Source: Promethearchaeota archaeon
Lineage (GTDB): Archaea > Asgardarchaeota > Lokiarchaeia > Sigyniarchaeales > SOKP01
Reading direction: 5' to 3'
Assembly (NCBI GenBank): GCA_048940925.1
Contig: JBHLOC010000032.1
Coordinates: 1 to 48,207 of the forward strand
DNA: 48,207 bases
Shown: positions 38,446 through 48,205 of the stretch, piece after piece
Numbering within the stretch: the first letter of the stretch is position 1
Layout: each line of letters begins with the position of its first letter
The notes under the pieces: model-generated
Told to the model about the DNA's origin: nothing
What the model saw: the letters and a program-made list of their open reading frames with translations, nothing else
Database searches by the model: none
Translations under genes and position numbers: made by a program

Positions 38446-38721
38446 ATGCCTAAATATTTTGTAATTCATCCAATAAAAAAAAGTGTAATAGAAGCGATGG
38501 TAAACCTTCCCCCTGAAAAAAATAAAATGTTTAGAGATTTGAAGGCAAATTGCACGAGTGATGCTGATTGGTTAAGAAGTTGGGCTGTGCCAGATCAAGA
38601 AAAGTTCTATTGTGAATGGGATGCTAAAGACCCTGAATTAATTCGTAAAATACTTGGAGAAAGTATTGAAATAGAAGCAATCTATGAAATGCATGTGCTA
38701 GAAGGAAAAGATTACGAGTAG
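38446..38721 (+). CDS. DUF4242-like small protein
   Basis: MPKYFVIH start; WLRSW...KFYCEWDAKDPELIR; GGAGG at 38434-38438. Confidence 0.65.
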   Translation: MPKYFVIHPIKKSVIEAMVNLPPEKNKMFRDLKANCTSDADWLRSWAVPDQEKFYCEWDAKDPELIRKILGESIEIEAIYEMHVLEGKDYE

Positions 38722-38871
38722 AAGGTTTTAGCTGGAGCAGTTCAATCTTAATTCTTTGCTATTAATTTATGAACTTTCGAATGAAAAATTCATCACCCAA
38801 AATAAATTAAATTTTTTTTATATTCCTTTCTTTATCGTTCTATCCATCTTTTCAGTTTGACAAATTATTAA

Positions 38872-39129
38872 GATTTTGATGAAGAAGATAAGATTCCTTT
38901 TCGTCTTAAAAATGCTAAGAAAAAAGTTGCGGAACTACGCAAAGGACGGGGTGAGTGGGTTTTATTCGGATCAACATTATTCATCATTGATCGCATTCAG
39001 CAGTATATAGATGTAGACGCGGAAGGGATCATATTTGGAGGGATACCCTCTAAACCGAAACTGTTTAAGGATTATTTTTCATTCTTATTTTTAAATTCAC
39101 TATTCGAAAAATGGGACCTTATATGGTAG
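38872..39129 (+). pseudogene. Start-less remnant resembling the C-terminus of an LLM-class (luciferase-like) flavin/F420 oxidoreductase
   Basis: Open frame after TAA with no suitable start: DFDEEDKIPFRLKNAKKKVAELRKGRGEWVLFGSTLFIIDRIQQYIDVDAEGIIFGGIPSKPKL; locally higher GC. Confidence 0.5.
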
Positions 39130-39369
39130 AACATGTTAATGTTGTTGAGTATGAACTTCATTAAATAGCAGTGGAATTTAATATTTTCCCTTGATGCATA
39201 AAGTTTAATTGTAACATAAAGTTTAATTATAAATTCAACAAATTTATAATATATTATAAAAATACGAAATCTATTCAAGAATATTGAATCATAAGAACTT
39301 TATAATAAAAATGTGAAATCTTATTAAAAATATTCTGATTTAGGAACACAACTTAAATAAAGGATAAAA

Positions 39370-41067
39370 ATGACAGAAAAAAAAGCAAAAAAAGAACCCC
39401 CGAAGAAGAAATTTCCTAAATTTGCAGAAATGAAGAAACCTGTAATAATTAGTGGTGTAATCATTACTATCGCGGTAGCAGGTATTATAATAGGGATTAA
39501 TCTTTACTCAAAATCTACACAATTTGGGGGTGATTTATACTATTGGGGCTATGGTTTTCCATTTACTTTTGATCCAATTGATGTTATGGATTTAGTTGAT
39601 GCAGAAGTCATTAATCAAGTTGCTGAAAGTCTATTTAGTATTGATGAGAATTCAGAAATAATTTATGGTCTTGCAACATATCATGAATGGAGCATCGATG
39701 GCTTAAATCTTACTTGCACACTTAGAAAGCATGTAAAATTCCATGATGGAACACCATTTAATGCTACAGCTGTTAAATGGAACATCGATAGAGCATATAG
39801 ACTTATTGACATTATACCATTTTCTTTTCTATGGTTACTCCCTGATGGTACGCCTATTATTAATGAAACTCAAGTTTTAGACGAATATACTGTTAAATTC
39901 ATATTGAACGCTCCATATGCTCCTCTCCTGAGTTTATTTGCATCGACTTATTCATCTATATTATCCCCTAGCGCTACACCTCCAGATGATTTCATTAATA
40001 TGGAAACTGGAGATCTTGTAGGGACAGGACCTTTTAAATATGATTTTTATGTGCCGGACGATAACCTTACACTGTCTAGAAATCCATATTACTGGGGTCC
40101 CAAACCAAAAATCGATAAGTTAATTTTCCTTCTACCAAAAAGATCGATAGATAAGGCATTAAAATCAGGTGAAATTCACATGAAGAAAAGTGTTTGGTTC
40201 AATGAATCAACACTCAATTCCTTTATAAGTAATCGTTCGTTTACTGTATCAGATCCAATACATCTTCCAAATCTGGATTTTATCGTAATGAACAACAAAT
40301 TGATTAATATCACCATGAGAAAATCAATCTCCTATGCTTTTAATTATTCTAACTATCTCTTATATCCTTGGTTTGTTAGCGCAAAAGGACCCATTCCAGA
40401 AAGTATCTTATATCATAATATCTCAGGCATTAAGGTACCCTATTACAATATTACAATAGCGAGACAAACACTAAAAGATGGAAATTGGCCTGGAACAGAA
40501 AACTTGACTGTAAATGAAGATATCAGTCCTGGGAATGAATGGGAACTGTTAGCAAATAGCCCAACACCCCTCGCAACTTACAATTATTCAGCCTGTTATA
40601 ATTGGCCGAGAAGTATATTGTATGGGGATCGAATTGTTGAAGACCTTAAGCAAATTGGAGTAAAAATAGAACCTTATAATTTAACTCTTACAGAATGGTA
40701 TTATATAGCCTATGAATTGGAAGGTCATCATAGAAACATGATTGAACTTGGTTTTAGTTTCTGGTACGCGGATTATAACGACCCTAGCAACTTTATTAAT
40801 GAATTTTATACAAATAAGAAGATTGGGGAGAACATGGGACAAGTTAATGATACTCAAGTGCAAGAATGGTTTGAAAAAGCTGTATTTGAAATCGATCCCA
40901 ATGCTAGAAAACAATTATATTATAAAATTCAAAAACGTCTTATTGAGGAAGTCTTTCCGAATGTTTGGCTTACTTCTCGGACACGCACAGATATTTATGT
41001 ATCAAATTTAAGAGGTTGGTATCCACACGCATTTATAGATTCATTCAAATCCGTTAAATTTGTTTAA
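39370..41067 (+). CDS. ABC transporter substrate-binding protein, family 5 (Dpp/Opp), N-terminal membrane anchor
   Basis: LRKHVKFHDGTPFNATAVKWN, VGTGPFKY, RNPYYWG, MRKSISYAFNY, WYADYNDP, RKQLYYKIQ. Confidence 0.93.
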   Translation: MTEKKAKKEPPKKKFPKFAEMKKPVIISGVIITIAVAGIIIGINLYSKSTQFGGDLYYWGYGFPFTFDPIDVMDLVDAEVINQVAESLFSIDENSEIIYGLATYHEWSIDGLNLTCTLRKHVKFHDGTPFNATAVKWNIDRAYRLIDIIPFSFLWLLPDGTPIINETQVLDEYTVKFILNAPYAPLLSLFASTYSSILSPSATPPDDFINMETGDLVGTGPFKYDFYVPDDNLTLSRNPYYWGPKPKIDKLIFLLPKRSIDKALKSGEIHMKKSVWFNESTLNSFISNRSFTVSDPIHLPNLDFIVMNNKLINITMRKSISYAFNYSNYLLYPWFVSAKGPIPESILYHNISGIKVPYYNITIARQTLKDGNWPGTENLTVNEDISPGNEWELLANSPTPLATYNYSACYNWPRSILYGDRIVEDLKQIGVKIEPYNLTLTEWYYIAYELEGHHRNMIELGFSFWYADYNDPSNFINEFYTNKKIGENMGQVNDTQVQEWFEKAVFEIDPNARKQLYYKIQKRLIEEVFPNVWLTSRTRTDIYVSNLRGWYPHAFIDSFKSVKFV

Positions 41068-41125
41068 ATTAGTATTAATTTTTAACTCAATATAATTTAT
41101 TAAACAGATAAACTTTAGCTACTTT

Positions 41126-42163
41126 CTAATCACTGTGAAGTGCTATATTGCGACATCTAGTACAGGGATTTGTGATATAAAGTGTCAGATTATAATTATT
41201 TATAGTAGGAAAATCAGAAGAAATAAGCCATGTCTTTTCACTTTGGAAAGTGATATTAAATCCCTCCTGAGGTAAAATGGGATTACCGGACATTAAAGGG
41301 AAAAAAAAATATGCTCCAATATTTTCACTAATGTCTTTATAAAAAAGATCTAGCATGCCATCAATTATCCAAGCAGTGCAGGTTACGTTAGCACCCATCT
41401 CTTTATATTGAGAAATTTCAACGTTCATATCACCGTTATTATTAAGTATCCAATTACAGTTTTGAGTATATTCTACATTATATGATTTTAACACTAAATC
41501 TCCTTCTCTTGTTATTCCAGTTATGTTACCACCGATGGTACAACGATCAAAATTATAGAAAATATCTCCTTCATTTACATCTACAGCTACATTGCCTTCA
41601 ATTGTACCGCACTTAAAATCATATGAAATATTTCCATTAGAGACATTTGTTAATAGATTACCAGTAGTAACTGCCCAAGGAACTGATATTTCATAGTTAC
41701 CTTCAGCAAGTCTTGTTATAATATCAAAAACAACATCTGATCTAATAGATACTGATATATCCACATTTCTCGAGACCCATAGTTTATCATCAAACCAACT
41801 TTGCGATGATAGCTCCACTGTGAGATATGCTGAAGTATTAGTAGTATGCCAAATAATATTAAAAAAATCTGAATGATTTTTACCCGTTAAATTTAAGCCG
41901 CTCAATTCAAAACTCATGTCTATCTTCACTAAATAATCAACACGAGGTTCAATATATCTTATTTCAATATCACCGAACTCAATATTAATATATAATTTTT
42001 CAACTGAAGATGGTGAACTTGGTTCATAAATGAATGACTCAGACTCATCAATGATATCATATGATGAGATATTAACTGAGAGTATAGCAATTGGAATGTA
42101 AATTATAAGACTGAAACTAATCATTATTATTAGTACAAATAAAATTATCCCTTTTTTACCCAT
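41126..42163 (-). CDS. Membrane-anchored extracellular beta-rich protein (DUF4097/adhesin-like solenoid)
   Basis: N-terminal TM helix; repeated xxGDI/GNI strands (FGDIEI, EGNYEI, NGNISY, EGDIFY, EGDLVL, NGDMNV). Confidence 0.6.
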   Translation of the reverse strand: MGKKGIILFVLIIMISFSLIIYIPIAILSVNISSYDIIDESESFIYEPSSPSSVEKLYINIEFGDIEIRYIEPRVDYLVKIDMSFELSGLNLTGKNHSDFFNIIWHTTNTSAYLTVELSSQSWFDDKLWVSRNVDISVSIRSDVVFDIITRLAEGNYEISVPWAVTTGNLLTNVSNGNISYDFKCGTIEGNVAVDVNEGDIFYNFDRCTIGGNITGITREGDLVLKSYNVEYTQNCNWILNNNGDMNVEISQYKEMGANVTCTAWIIDGMLDLFYKDISENIGAYFFFPLMSGNPILPQEGFNITFQSEKTWLISSDFPTINNYNLTLYITNPCTRCRNIALHSD

Positions 42164-42486
42164 ATTTGAATACTCTCAAAATGATCTCAATTACGTCTAA
42201 TTATTTAGATAAGAGCGGTTTTTATTTAAATTAATCCATTTAAACAATATGTGTAAGGTTGAGATTAAAAGAATTACTTTCATTTCGATAGAAATCGGCA
42301 GAGAAATATTTTTTTATTTGATTGGTTTTTCTTTTTTTATTATAAATCTAAACTGTTTGAACTTATTAATTAAGAGATTCTATCTGTATTCAACTGAACA
42401 TTTATCTTCATCATTTATTTTGAGATTCTAAAAAAGAATCAAAATTCTTTTTTTCAATATTGAGATATAGGTCTCATAACATAACA

Positions 42487-42551
42487 TTTAAATATGAAAG
42501 AGTTTTATTGTTTTATATGGAACGTTCGATATCGAACATTCGATCTCAAAC
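42487..42551 (+). promoter_or_regulatory. TATA box plus tandem palindromic operator, probably for the downstream MarR
   Basis: TTTAAATA at 42487-42494; perfect palindrome GTTCGATATCGAAC at 42524-42537; adjacent 11/14 copy ATTCGATCTCAAAC at 42538-42551. Confidence 0.65.
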
Positions 42552-42712
42552 AAACTAAAAAAAAATAAAAAAAATAAAAGAATAAAGTATGAATACACTT
42601 GATCTTCATTTTGGAATTCATGATTTGAGACGTGAGAGACCTATTATTATCCAAAAAGAAGAGGAAAACAGATATAAGCCTTTCATTGAATTTAGTTATA
42701 TTAAATTTATAA

Positions 42713-43297
42713 ATGAGAGTGAGAAAAATAAATAAAGTTAAAACAGGATGGAAATTACCATTATTGCCTTTACCAGTATGCCTATTAGGGGTTCATGTTG
42801 ATGGCAAACCCAATTTCAATACAATTGTTTGGTTTAATATGCTACATGACAATCCTCCACTAATCGGGATTGCAATGTCAAAAAAACATTATACTAATAA
42901 AGGCATCAAGGAAAACAGGTCGTTTAGTGTTAATATTCCCACTGATGATATGGTTATTGTAACAGATTACTGCGGGTTACATTCAGGTTCTAAAGTTGAT
43001 AAAGCAAAAGAGTTTGAACTCTTTTATGGAGACCTTAAAACAGCCCCAATGATTAAAGAATGCAGTTTAAATATCGAGTGTAAGTTAGTGAATGTTAAAG
43101 AATTTAAGAACACTGAGTTATTTATTGGAGAAATTGTCGATATATATTCGGATGAGAAATATGTATCAGAGAATAAACCAAGTGCTAAGAATTTTGATTC
43201 ATTTATTTTTTTAATGCCAAATGGGCCATATTTGAAAATTGGGGATTATTTAGCTGAAGCATACGAAGTGGGACATAGTTATAAACCTAAAAAATAA
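42713..43297 (+). CDS. Flavin reductase family (flavoredoxin-like) protein
   Basis: PLPVCLLG, GKPNF, HYTNKGIKEN.SFSVNIP, DYCGLHSG, APMIKECSLNIECK, FIGEIV. Confidence 0.92.
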   Translation: MRVRKINKVKTGWKLPLLPLPVCLLGVHVDGKPNFNTIVWFNMLHDNPPLIGIAMSKKHYTNKGIKENRSFSVNIPTDDMVIVTDYCGLHSGSKVDKAKEFELFYGDLKTAPMIKECSLNIECKLVNVKEFKNTELFIGEIVDIYSDEKYVSENKPSAKNFDSFIFLMPNGPYLKIGDYLAEAYEVGHSYKPKK

Positions 43298-43354
43298 ATT
43301 TCATTTAAATTAAAATTAAAAAGTTAAAAAAAAATCAACAGAGGTTATGAAAAT

Positions 43355-43693
43355 ATGGAGAAAATTATTGCTTATTGCGGACTTAATTGTTCGGATTGTC
43401 CTGCATATTTAGCCACTCAAAAAGATGATTATGAAGAACTTAAAAAGATAGCTAAACAATGGTCAAATGAATTGATGTCTTTTAAAGCTGAAGATATTTA
43501 TTGCGATGGGTGTAATATGGATGGTAGATTTTTCAGTTGGTGCAGCGAATGTGAAATAAGGAATTGTTGTCTGGATAAACAAATCGATAATTGTGCGTAT
43601 TGTGAAGAGTATTATTGTGATTTATTAAAGAAGCCATTTGAAAGCGACCCTTCAGCCAAAGAAAGACTGGATGAAATTAGGAAGAATTTATAA
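43355..43693 (+). CDS. DUF3795 Cys-rich protein
   Basis: AYCGLNCSDCPAY, CDGC, CSECEIRNCC, NCAYCEEYYC. Confidence 0.88.
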   Translation: MEKIIAYCGLNCSDCPAYLATQKDDYEELKKIAKQWSNELMSFKAEDIYCDGCNMDGRFFSWCSECEIRNCCLDKQIDNCAYCEEYYCDLLKKPFESDPSAKERLDEIRKNL

Positions 43694-43727
43694 AATTAAG
43701 TTAAAATCAAATGCAGTGATATGAGAA

Positions 43728-44189
43728 ATGGAACTAGAAGAGGCAAAGAAGCTAAGCTTGAAGTTAATGGAAACCTCTAAAGCAGCCTATCTCACAACAA
43801 TTGACTCTGAAGGGTATCCTATAACTAGAGCTATGTTTAATTTGAGAAATAAAGAGCAATTTCCAGAATTTTCTGAGTTCTTTTCACAACAAGAAAATGA
43901 ATTTGTAATTTATATATCTACAAATACTTCGTCATCAAAAATCAGTCATATTAAAAATAATCCAAAAATTGCGGTCTATTTCTGCGATCCTGAAGATTTT
44001 AAAGGTGTTATGTTTGGAGGTGTTGTTGAAATTATAGAGGATATGAATATAAAGCGAAATGTATGGCTGGATTGGTGGACAAGGTATTATCTAGAAGGAT
44101 TAGAAGATCCGGACTATACATTACTTCAGTTACTTCCAAAGACGGCACAATTTTATTATAGATTACAAAAAGTTCAATTTGAACCGTGA
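43728..44189 (+). CDS. Pyridoxamine 5'-phosphate oxidase (general stress protein 26-like) family protein
   Basis: LTTIDSEGYPITRAM, STNTSSSKISHIKNNPK, YYLEGLEDPDY. Confidence 0.88.
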   Translation: MELEEAKKLSLKLMETSKAAYLTTIDSEGYPITRAMFNLRNKEQFPEFSEFFSQQENEFVIYISTNTSSSKISHIKNNPKIAVYFCDPEDFKGVMFGGVVEIIEDMNIKRNVWLDWWTRYYLEGLEDPDYTLLQLLPKTAQFYYRLQKVQFEP

Positions 44190-44202
44190 GTTGAATTGAA
44201 TA

Positions 44203-44652
44203 ATGGAGCGGGTGAGAGAAGGAGGATTTTTGATTTCAAAGATTAAACAGTTATCAGACAGAATATTTTCAAAACTCCTCCGTGAATATGAAACTATTGA
44301 GATAAACCCAGCTCAAGGAAGAGTTATGTTTCCACTCTGGCGTCAGGATAATATATCATTCCATGAACTTAGAAAAAAAACCTTATTGAGCAAAGCAACA
44401 TTATCTCACATGTTAGATAAACTTGAAGAAGCTGGCTATATTAAACGGATACCCTCCCAGAAAGATAAACGAACCATTAATATACAACTAACAGAAAAGA
44501 GTAAAAAACTAATGAATAGATATCTTCAAGTATCTAATGAAATGAAAGAAATTTTTTATAAAGATTTTACTGTAAATGAAATCGATGAATTTGAAGATAA
44601 TTTAAGACGACTCCTGAACAATCTTACCAACTTTAGCAAAAAATCTCAATAA
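44203..44652 (+). CDS. MarR family transcriptional regulator
   Basis: INPAQGRVMFPLW, LSKATLSHMLDKLEEAGYIKR, DKR..IQLT. Confidence 0.93.
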   Translation: MERVREGGFLISKIKQLSDRIFSKLLREYETIEINPAQGRVMFPLWRQDNISFHELRKKTLLSKATLSHMLDKLEEAGYIKRIPSQKDKRTINIQLTEKSKKLMNRYLQVSNEMKEIFYKDFTVNEIDEFEDNLRRLLNNLTNFSKKSQ

Positions 44653-44991
44653 ATCTCAATAATAACAGATTTTATTTTTTTTTTTCATTAATTAGTTTAA
44701 TTAGTTATAACAGGAAACAATATTGATAACAGAATAAATACTAACCATTTAAGGAAGCAAGAATAACTAGCCTTTAATCCAGTATTTTTAACCTTACTAT
44801 TTCATATATGTATAATGAATTGATTTGTATTAAATTTATGACATCAAGCTGCTAAAAGTATCAAAAATAGAAAGATAACAATACAAATAGTGATTCCTAA
44901 TCACACAAATTAAGGATTTAATTATTGTAATAGCACTTTCTTTTAATTAGATTTGAAAATGTTTTATAATATTGATTTAATTTAGTTTTAA

Positions 44992-45225
44992 TTATAAACC
45001 CATTCCTTTAAGCAACATTATAAAAAAAATCGGTAGTAACATAAACAAAAAACTTAGTACAAAGTAAAGAAGATAAGTTAAAACTCGTTTAGGCTTTATT
45101 TTGAATCTTTTGTATAGCCACGTATTTTTGGTACTTTTTTTATTGGCATGTAATGAACCTTTTCTTTTTTTTGTTGGGTCTTCAAATATCACAATCCTTT
45201 CTAATACATCTTCTTTTTCACTCAA
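44992..45225 (-). CDS. Small tail-anchored membrane protein
   Basis: 77 aa; basic N-terminus; C-terminal hydrophobic helix; TTG start. Confidence 0.55.
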   Translation of the reverse strand: MSEKEDVLERIVIFEDPTKKRKGSLHANKKSTKNTWLYKRFKIKPKRVLTYLLYFVLSFLFMLLPIFFIMLLKGMGL

Positions 45226-45283
45226 TTTTATATCAAGTCTTCATTTTTATTAACTTCTTGCTCATATCTACTAAAAAATATGG

Positions 45284-46162
45284 TTAATCGTCTCTATTTT
45301 TAACATATTTTGGTAAATGAACTTTCAACTTTGGAACGTGTATTTTTGGTACTTGAATTTTAAGTGGCGTTAATTGAAGCCTATTACTGGTTTTTTTAAG
45401 AAGAGATTGAAATTCATCATCTTGAACTTTTAATAGATCATCTTCTTCTATAGGAATAGAATTTTTTTCTTCATTAAGTATTACTTCTTCATTTATTTTA
45501 TTTTCATCTAGTTCTTTCTTCAATTCTTCGAGATGTTTGTTTAGTTGTTGAATTTTTTTCTCTATTATCCCTTCATAAATTTTATTAAAATTCTCAAGAG
45601 AATCTAAATCTTTAAATTCGTCATAATTAAGGACCCAACCAGTGTTAGTATCATATAACATTCCTGTGATTTCAATTTCTGGAAATAGATCCTGAACTGT
45701 TTGCAAACTTTTAATTTGCTCTATTATATTTTTAATTTCATTACTAAATGGTAGAAAGAAGTTTCTTAATTCAGAAAAAACATTTACATTATTTTTTGAA
45801 AGACGTGAAAGAAATTCAGATGGTAATTTCATTCTTAACTCAGTTAAGTTTATCTTTTTCATACCACAATCTAAATGACCTAAAATGATAATATATTTTA
45901 TTTTATAGTTAACAATTGCCAATAGGATAGATCTCATAATATCTAAAGTAAAGACATTGCCAGCATTTCTTAATATAAATAAATCTCCTGGATTAAGTTG
46001 AAAGATACGATGGATATCTATTCTAGGATCCATACAAGTTAGAATTAAAACTGGATATTTTGGAAAACTATCTTCAGTTTGTGCTTTTTCAAATTCTTGA
46101 ATAAATTTACTTTTATATTTTAAATTACCTTCAATTAAAATATCTTTAATATCATCTAACAA
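45284..46162 (-). CDS. Beta-class carbonic anhydrase (Cab-type) with C-terminal extension
   Basis: ILTCMDPRI, LRNAGN, GHLDCGM (Zn ligands intact), GMLYDTNTG. Confidence 0.88.
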   Translation of the reverse strand: MLDDIKDILIEGNLKYKSKFIQEFEKAQTEDSFPKYPVLILTCMDPRIDIHRIFQLNPGDLFILRNAGNVFTLDIMRSILLAIVNYKIKYIIILGHLDCGMKKINLTELRMKLPSEFLSRLSKNNVNVFSELRNFFLPFSNEIKNIIEQIKSLQTVQDLFPEIEITGMLYDTNTGWVLNYDEFKDLDSLENFNKIYEGIIEKKIQQLNKHLEELKKELDENKINEEVILNEEKNSIPIEEDDLLKVQDDEFQSLLKKTSNRLQLTPLKIQVPKIHVPKLKVHLPKYVKNRDD

Positions 46163-46243
46163 GATTCTATTCTCTTGAATTATTATAACACCTTTCTTTG
46201 TCTATTTGAAATAAATATAAAATATATAGAAAAAAAATATAAA

Positions 46244-47413
46244 CTATTTTTTGACTAACATTTCCTTTAACTTTTTAGATCCTCCATTGTTAAAAAAATC
46301 CTTGATTTTATCCGAATACTCCGGTAATAATTGTAAGAACGGCATAATTGCTTTTGAAAGTGAACTAAATGTCTCATTTCCATCTCCCATGATAAACATT
46401 TTGTCAGGACTTAAATTTTTAAATATTTCTGGCAAAATATTTGTTAATTGAACTGCTAAGAATCTTTCATCAGCACTGCCCATTGCTTCAACTTGTTTTT
46501 TAAAACCTTCAGCTTGAGCCAACATTTGTTGTTTTATATTCTCAGCTTCACCTTCAGCTTGTGCAATTAGTTTTTTCTTAATTTTCTGAGCTTCAGCATC
46601 GATTTCAATAAGCTTCTTTTGTCTATCACCATCAGCTTCTATTTTTTTGCGTTCTCTTTCTTGATCAGCAATAGCAATTTCTTTTTCCTTACGTCGCAAT
46701 TCAATTTCTTTTTCAACTTGTTGATTTTGAATCCCAATCTCATTTTGGACTTCTAATTCTTTTAATCTTGATTCTCTTTCAGCATCTGCTTTAGCTATTC
46801 TAGCTTTTCTTGCTTCAACTGCTTGTTTTACAGCTTCCATATTCTTTTTCAATCCGGGTTCAAGAATATTTACTTCTCTTATTTCAATTGATTCTATAAT
46901 ACATCCCCAATCTGCCGTCAATTCATGTAATTCTTTGCTTACAATATTTATTATTTCTCTACGCTCTCGAATTATTTTTTCAATTGGCATATTCGCACAG
47001 GTAGTACGTATAATTGCTTCTGCTGCATTTTTAAGAATCTTTTCAACATAATTAACATCTCCAGGAAGCCATGAGATTGCACTAAAAGCTTTTTCTGGAT
47101 CTATGACCTTCCAAATCAGCATTCCTACAATTGAAATGTTTTGATATTCCATTGAAACAACTTGTTCATGAGCTTCTAAGGTAGTTTGAATGCTTGTTGT
47201 AGGAATAACAATATATTCGTCAATTAAAGGTAAAAGCCACAAACTACCCCCTAATCCTGCACTTTTTACTTTACCATTACGTAGGTGTATTACGAATTGA
47301 TTTGTCTTAAACTTTCTATATCTTGTAGCCATGAAAATCAAAAATAAAAACACGACAATTATTAATGCTATTACTAATCCGGTAATCCAAGGATATAATT
47401 GCTGAAACAACAT
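46244..47413 (-). CDS. SPFH/flotillin family protein
   Basis: N-terminal TM helix; SPFH domain (WKVIDPEKAF, WGCIIESIEIREV); AE/EA-rich coiled coil. Confidence 0.92.
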   Translation of the reverse strand: MLFQQLYPWITGLVIALIIVVFLFLIFMATRYRKFKTNQFVIHLRNGKVKSAGLGGSLWLLPLIDEYIVIPTTSIQTTLEAHEQVVSMEYQNISIVGMLIWKVIDPEKAFSAISWLPGDVNYVEKILKNAAEAIIRTTCANMPIEKIIRERREIINIVSKELHELTADWGCIIESIEIREVNILEPGLKKNMEAVKQAVEARKARIAKADAERESRLKELEVQNEIGIQNQQVEKEIELRRKEKEIAIADQERERKKIEADGDRQKKLIEIDAEAQKIKKKLIAQAEGEAENIKQQMLAQAEGFKKQVEAMGSADERFLAVQLTNILPEIFKNLSPDKMFIMGDGNETFSSLSKAIMPFLQLLPEYSDKIKDFFNNGGSKKLKEMLVKK

Positions 47414-47590
47414 TTTATTTTTCTAAACCTCCTTATTTTCAATTTTTTATAGATTTTTAATTTTTTTTCATTTTTTTTTAAATTCAATAAAATTTTTGTT
47501 TAATTCTTAGGAATATACTTTTCAAATCTTTATGAACTTTATTTTTATAATTTGAAAATTTTTGTTCAATACTTTTTATATCCTAATTTA

Positions 47591-48205
47591 TCATCTCCTA
47601 TATCTAATCGACTTAATATCATTGTCAATTAAAAAGTAACCATCTTTCACATCACAAATATATACTTTTGCTCCTTCTTCAAAATTTGACTCAGGATTTA
47701 ATGGTTTTACATGGACTTTTTCAAATTTCATTGGTGTGTAGGAATTGATTTTAATAATGCCACCTTTTTCATCTACATCCAATACAACTACTCCCTTGAC
47801 ACCAATTAAATTTTTTGTGGAAGAAATATTATAAAATCGGGATTTCGCTAACTTTTTCCAAGTGGTGGAAATTAATTTTGTAATTATATAGGTTATTGAA
47901 ACTGTAGTAAAAAATATGAGGAATTGTAGCTTTGTTGCAAAAATATAAAAAAATAATATACCTATTATACCAAACAATAATAACGATGTTGAAAATAATA
48001 ACATAAATGGAGCAGGAGTCGTATCATTAATATGATCTACATGATCAATATGGTCTAGCTGATCTGCATGATCAATATGGTCAAACTGATCTACGTGGTC
48101 AACATGGTCAAACTGATCTACGTGGTCAACATGATCAAACTGATCTACGTGGTCAATATGATCAAACTGATCTACGTGGTCAACATGATCTACGTGGTCA
48201 ACATG
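47591..48205 (-). CDS. NfeD-like membrane protein with His/Asp repeat region (5'-truncated by the window edge)
   Basis: Frame stays open from the ATG at 48004 to the window end; TM helices, then OB-fold NLIGVKGVV...EEGAKVYI; lies directly upstream of the flotillin gene. Confidence 0.82.
   Translation of the reverse strand, partial: HVDHVDHVDHVDQFDHIDHVDQFDHVDHVDQFDHVDHVDQFDHIDHADQLDHIDHVDHINDTTPAPFMLLFSTSLLLFGIIGILFFYIFATKLQFLIFFTTVSITYIITKLISTTWKKLAKSRFYNISSTKNLIGVKGVVVLDVDEKGGIIKINSYTPMKFEKVHVKPLNPESNFEEGAKVYICDVKDGYFLIDNDIKSIRYRR

Noticed and set aside
38719-38751. Stop-codon readthrough (TAG here; TGA/selenocysteine at other gene ends)
   Set aside because: Readthrough adds only a short tail (KVLAGAVQS); no TGA aligned to a Cys motif and no SECIS-like hairpin was identified
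39072-42431. Small ORFs 39072-39278, 40681-40914, 40742-41011 and 42249-42431
   Set aside because: AT-rich intergenic chance ORFs or overlaps with the substrate-binding protein gene
42589-42735. 48-codon ORF (MNTLDLHFG...) between the operator and the flavin reductase
   Set aside because: No recognisable motif and it overlaps the next start; could be a leader peptide but is unsupported
34878-44652. tRNA-anchored genomic island or provirus
   Set aside because: No integrase, no duplicated tRNA 3' end seen, and the tRNA 3' ends face away from the accessory-looking region
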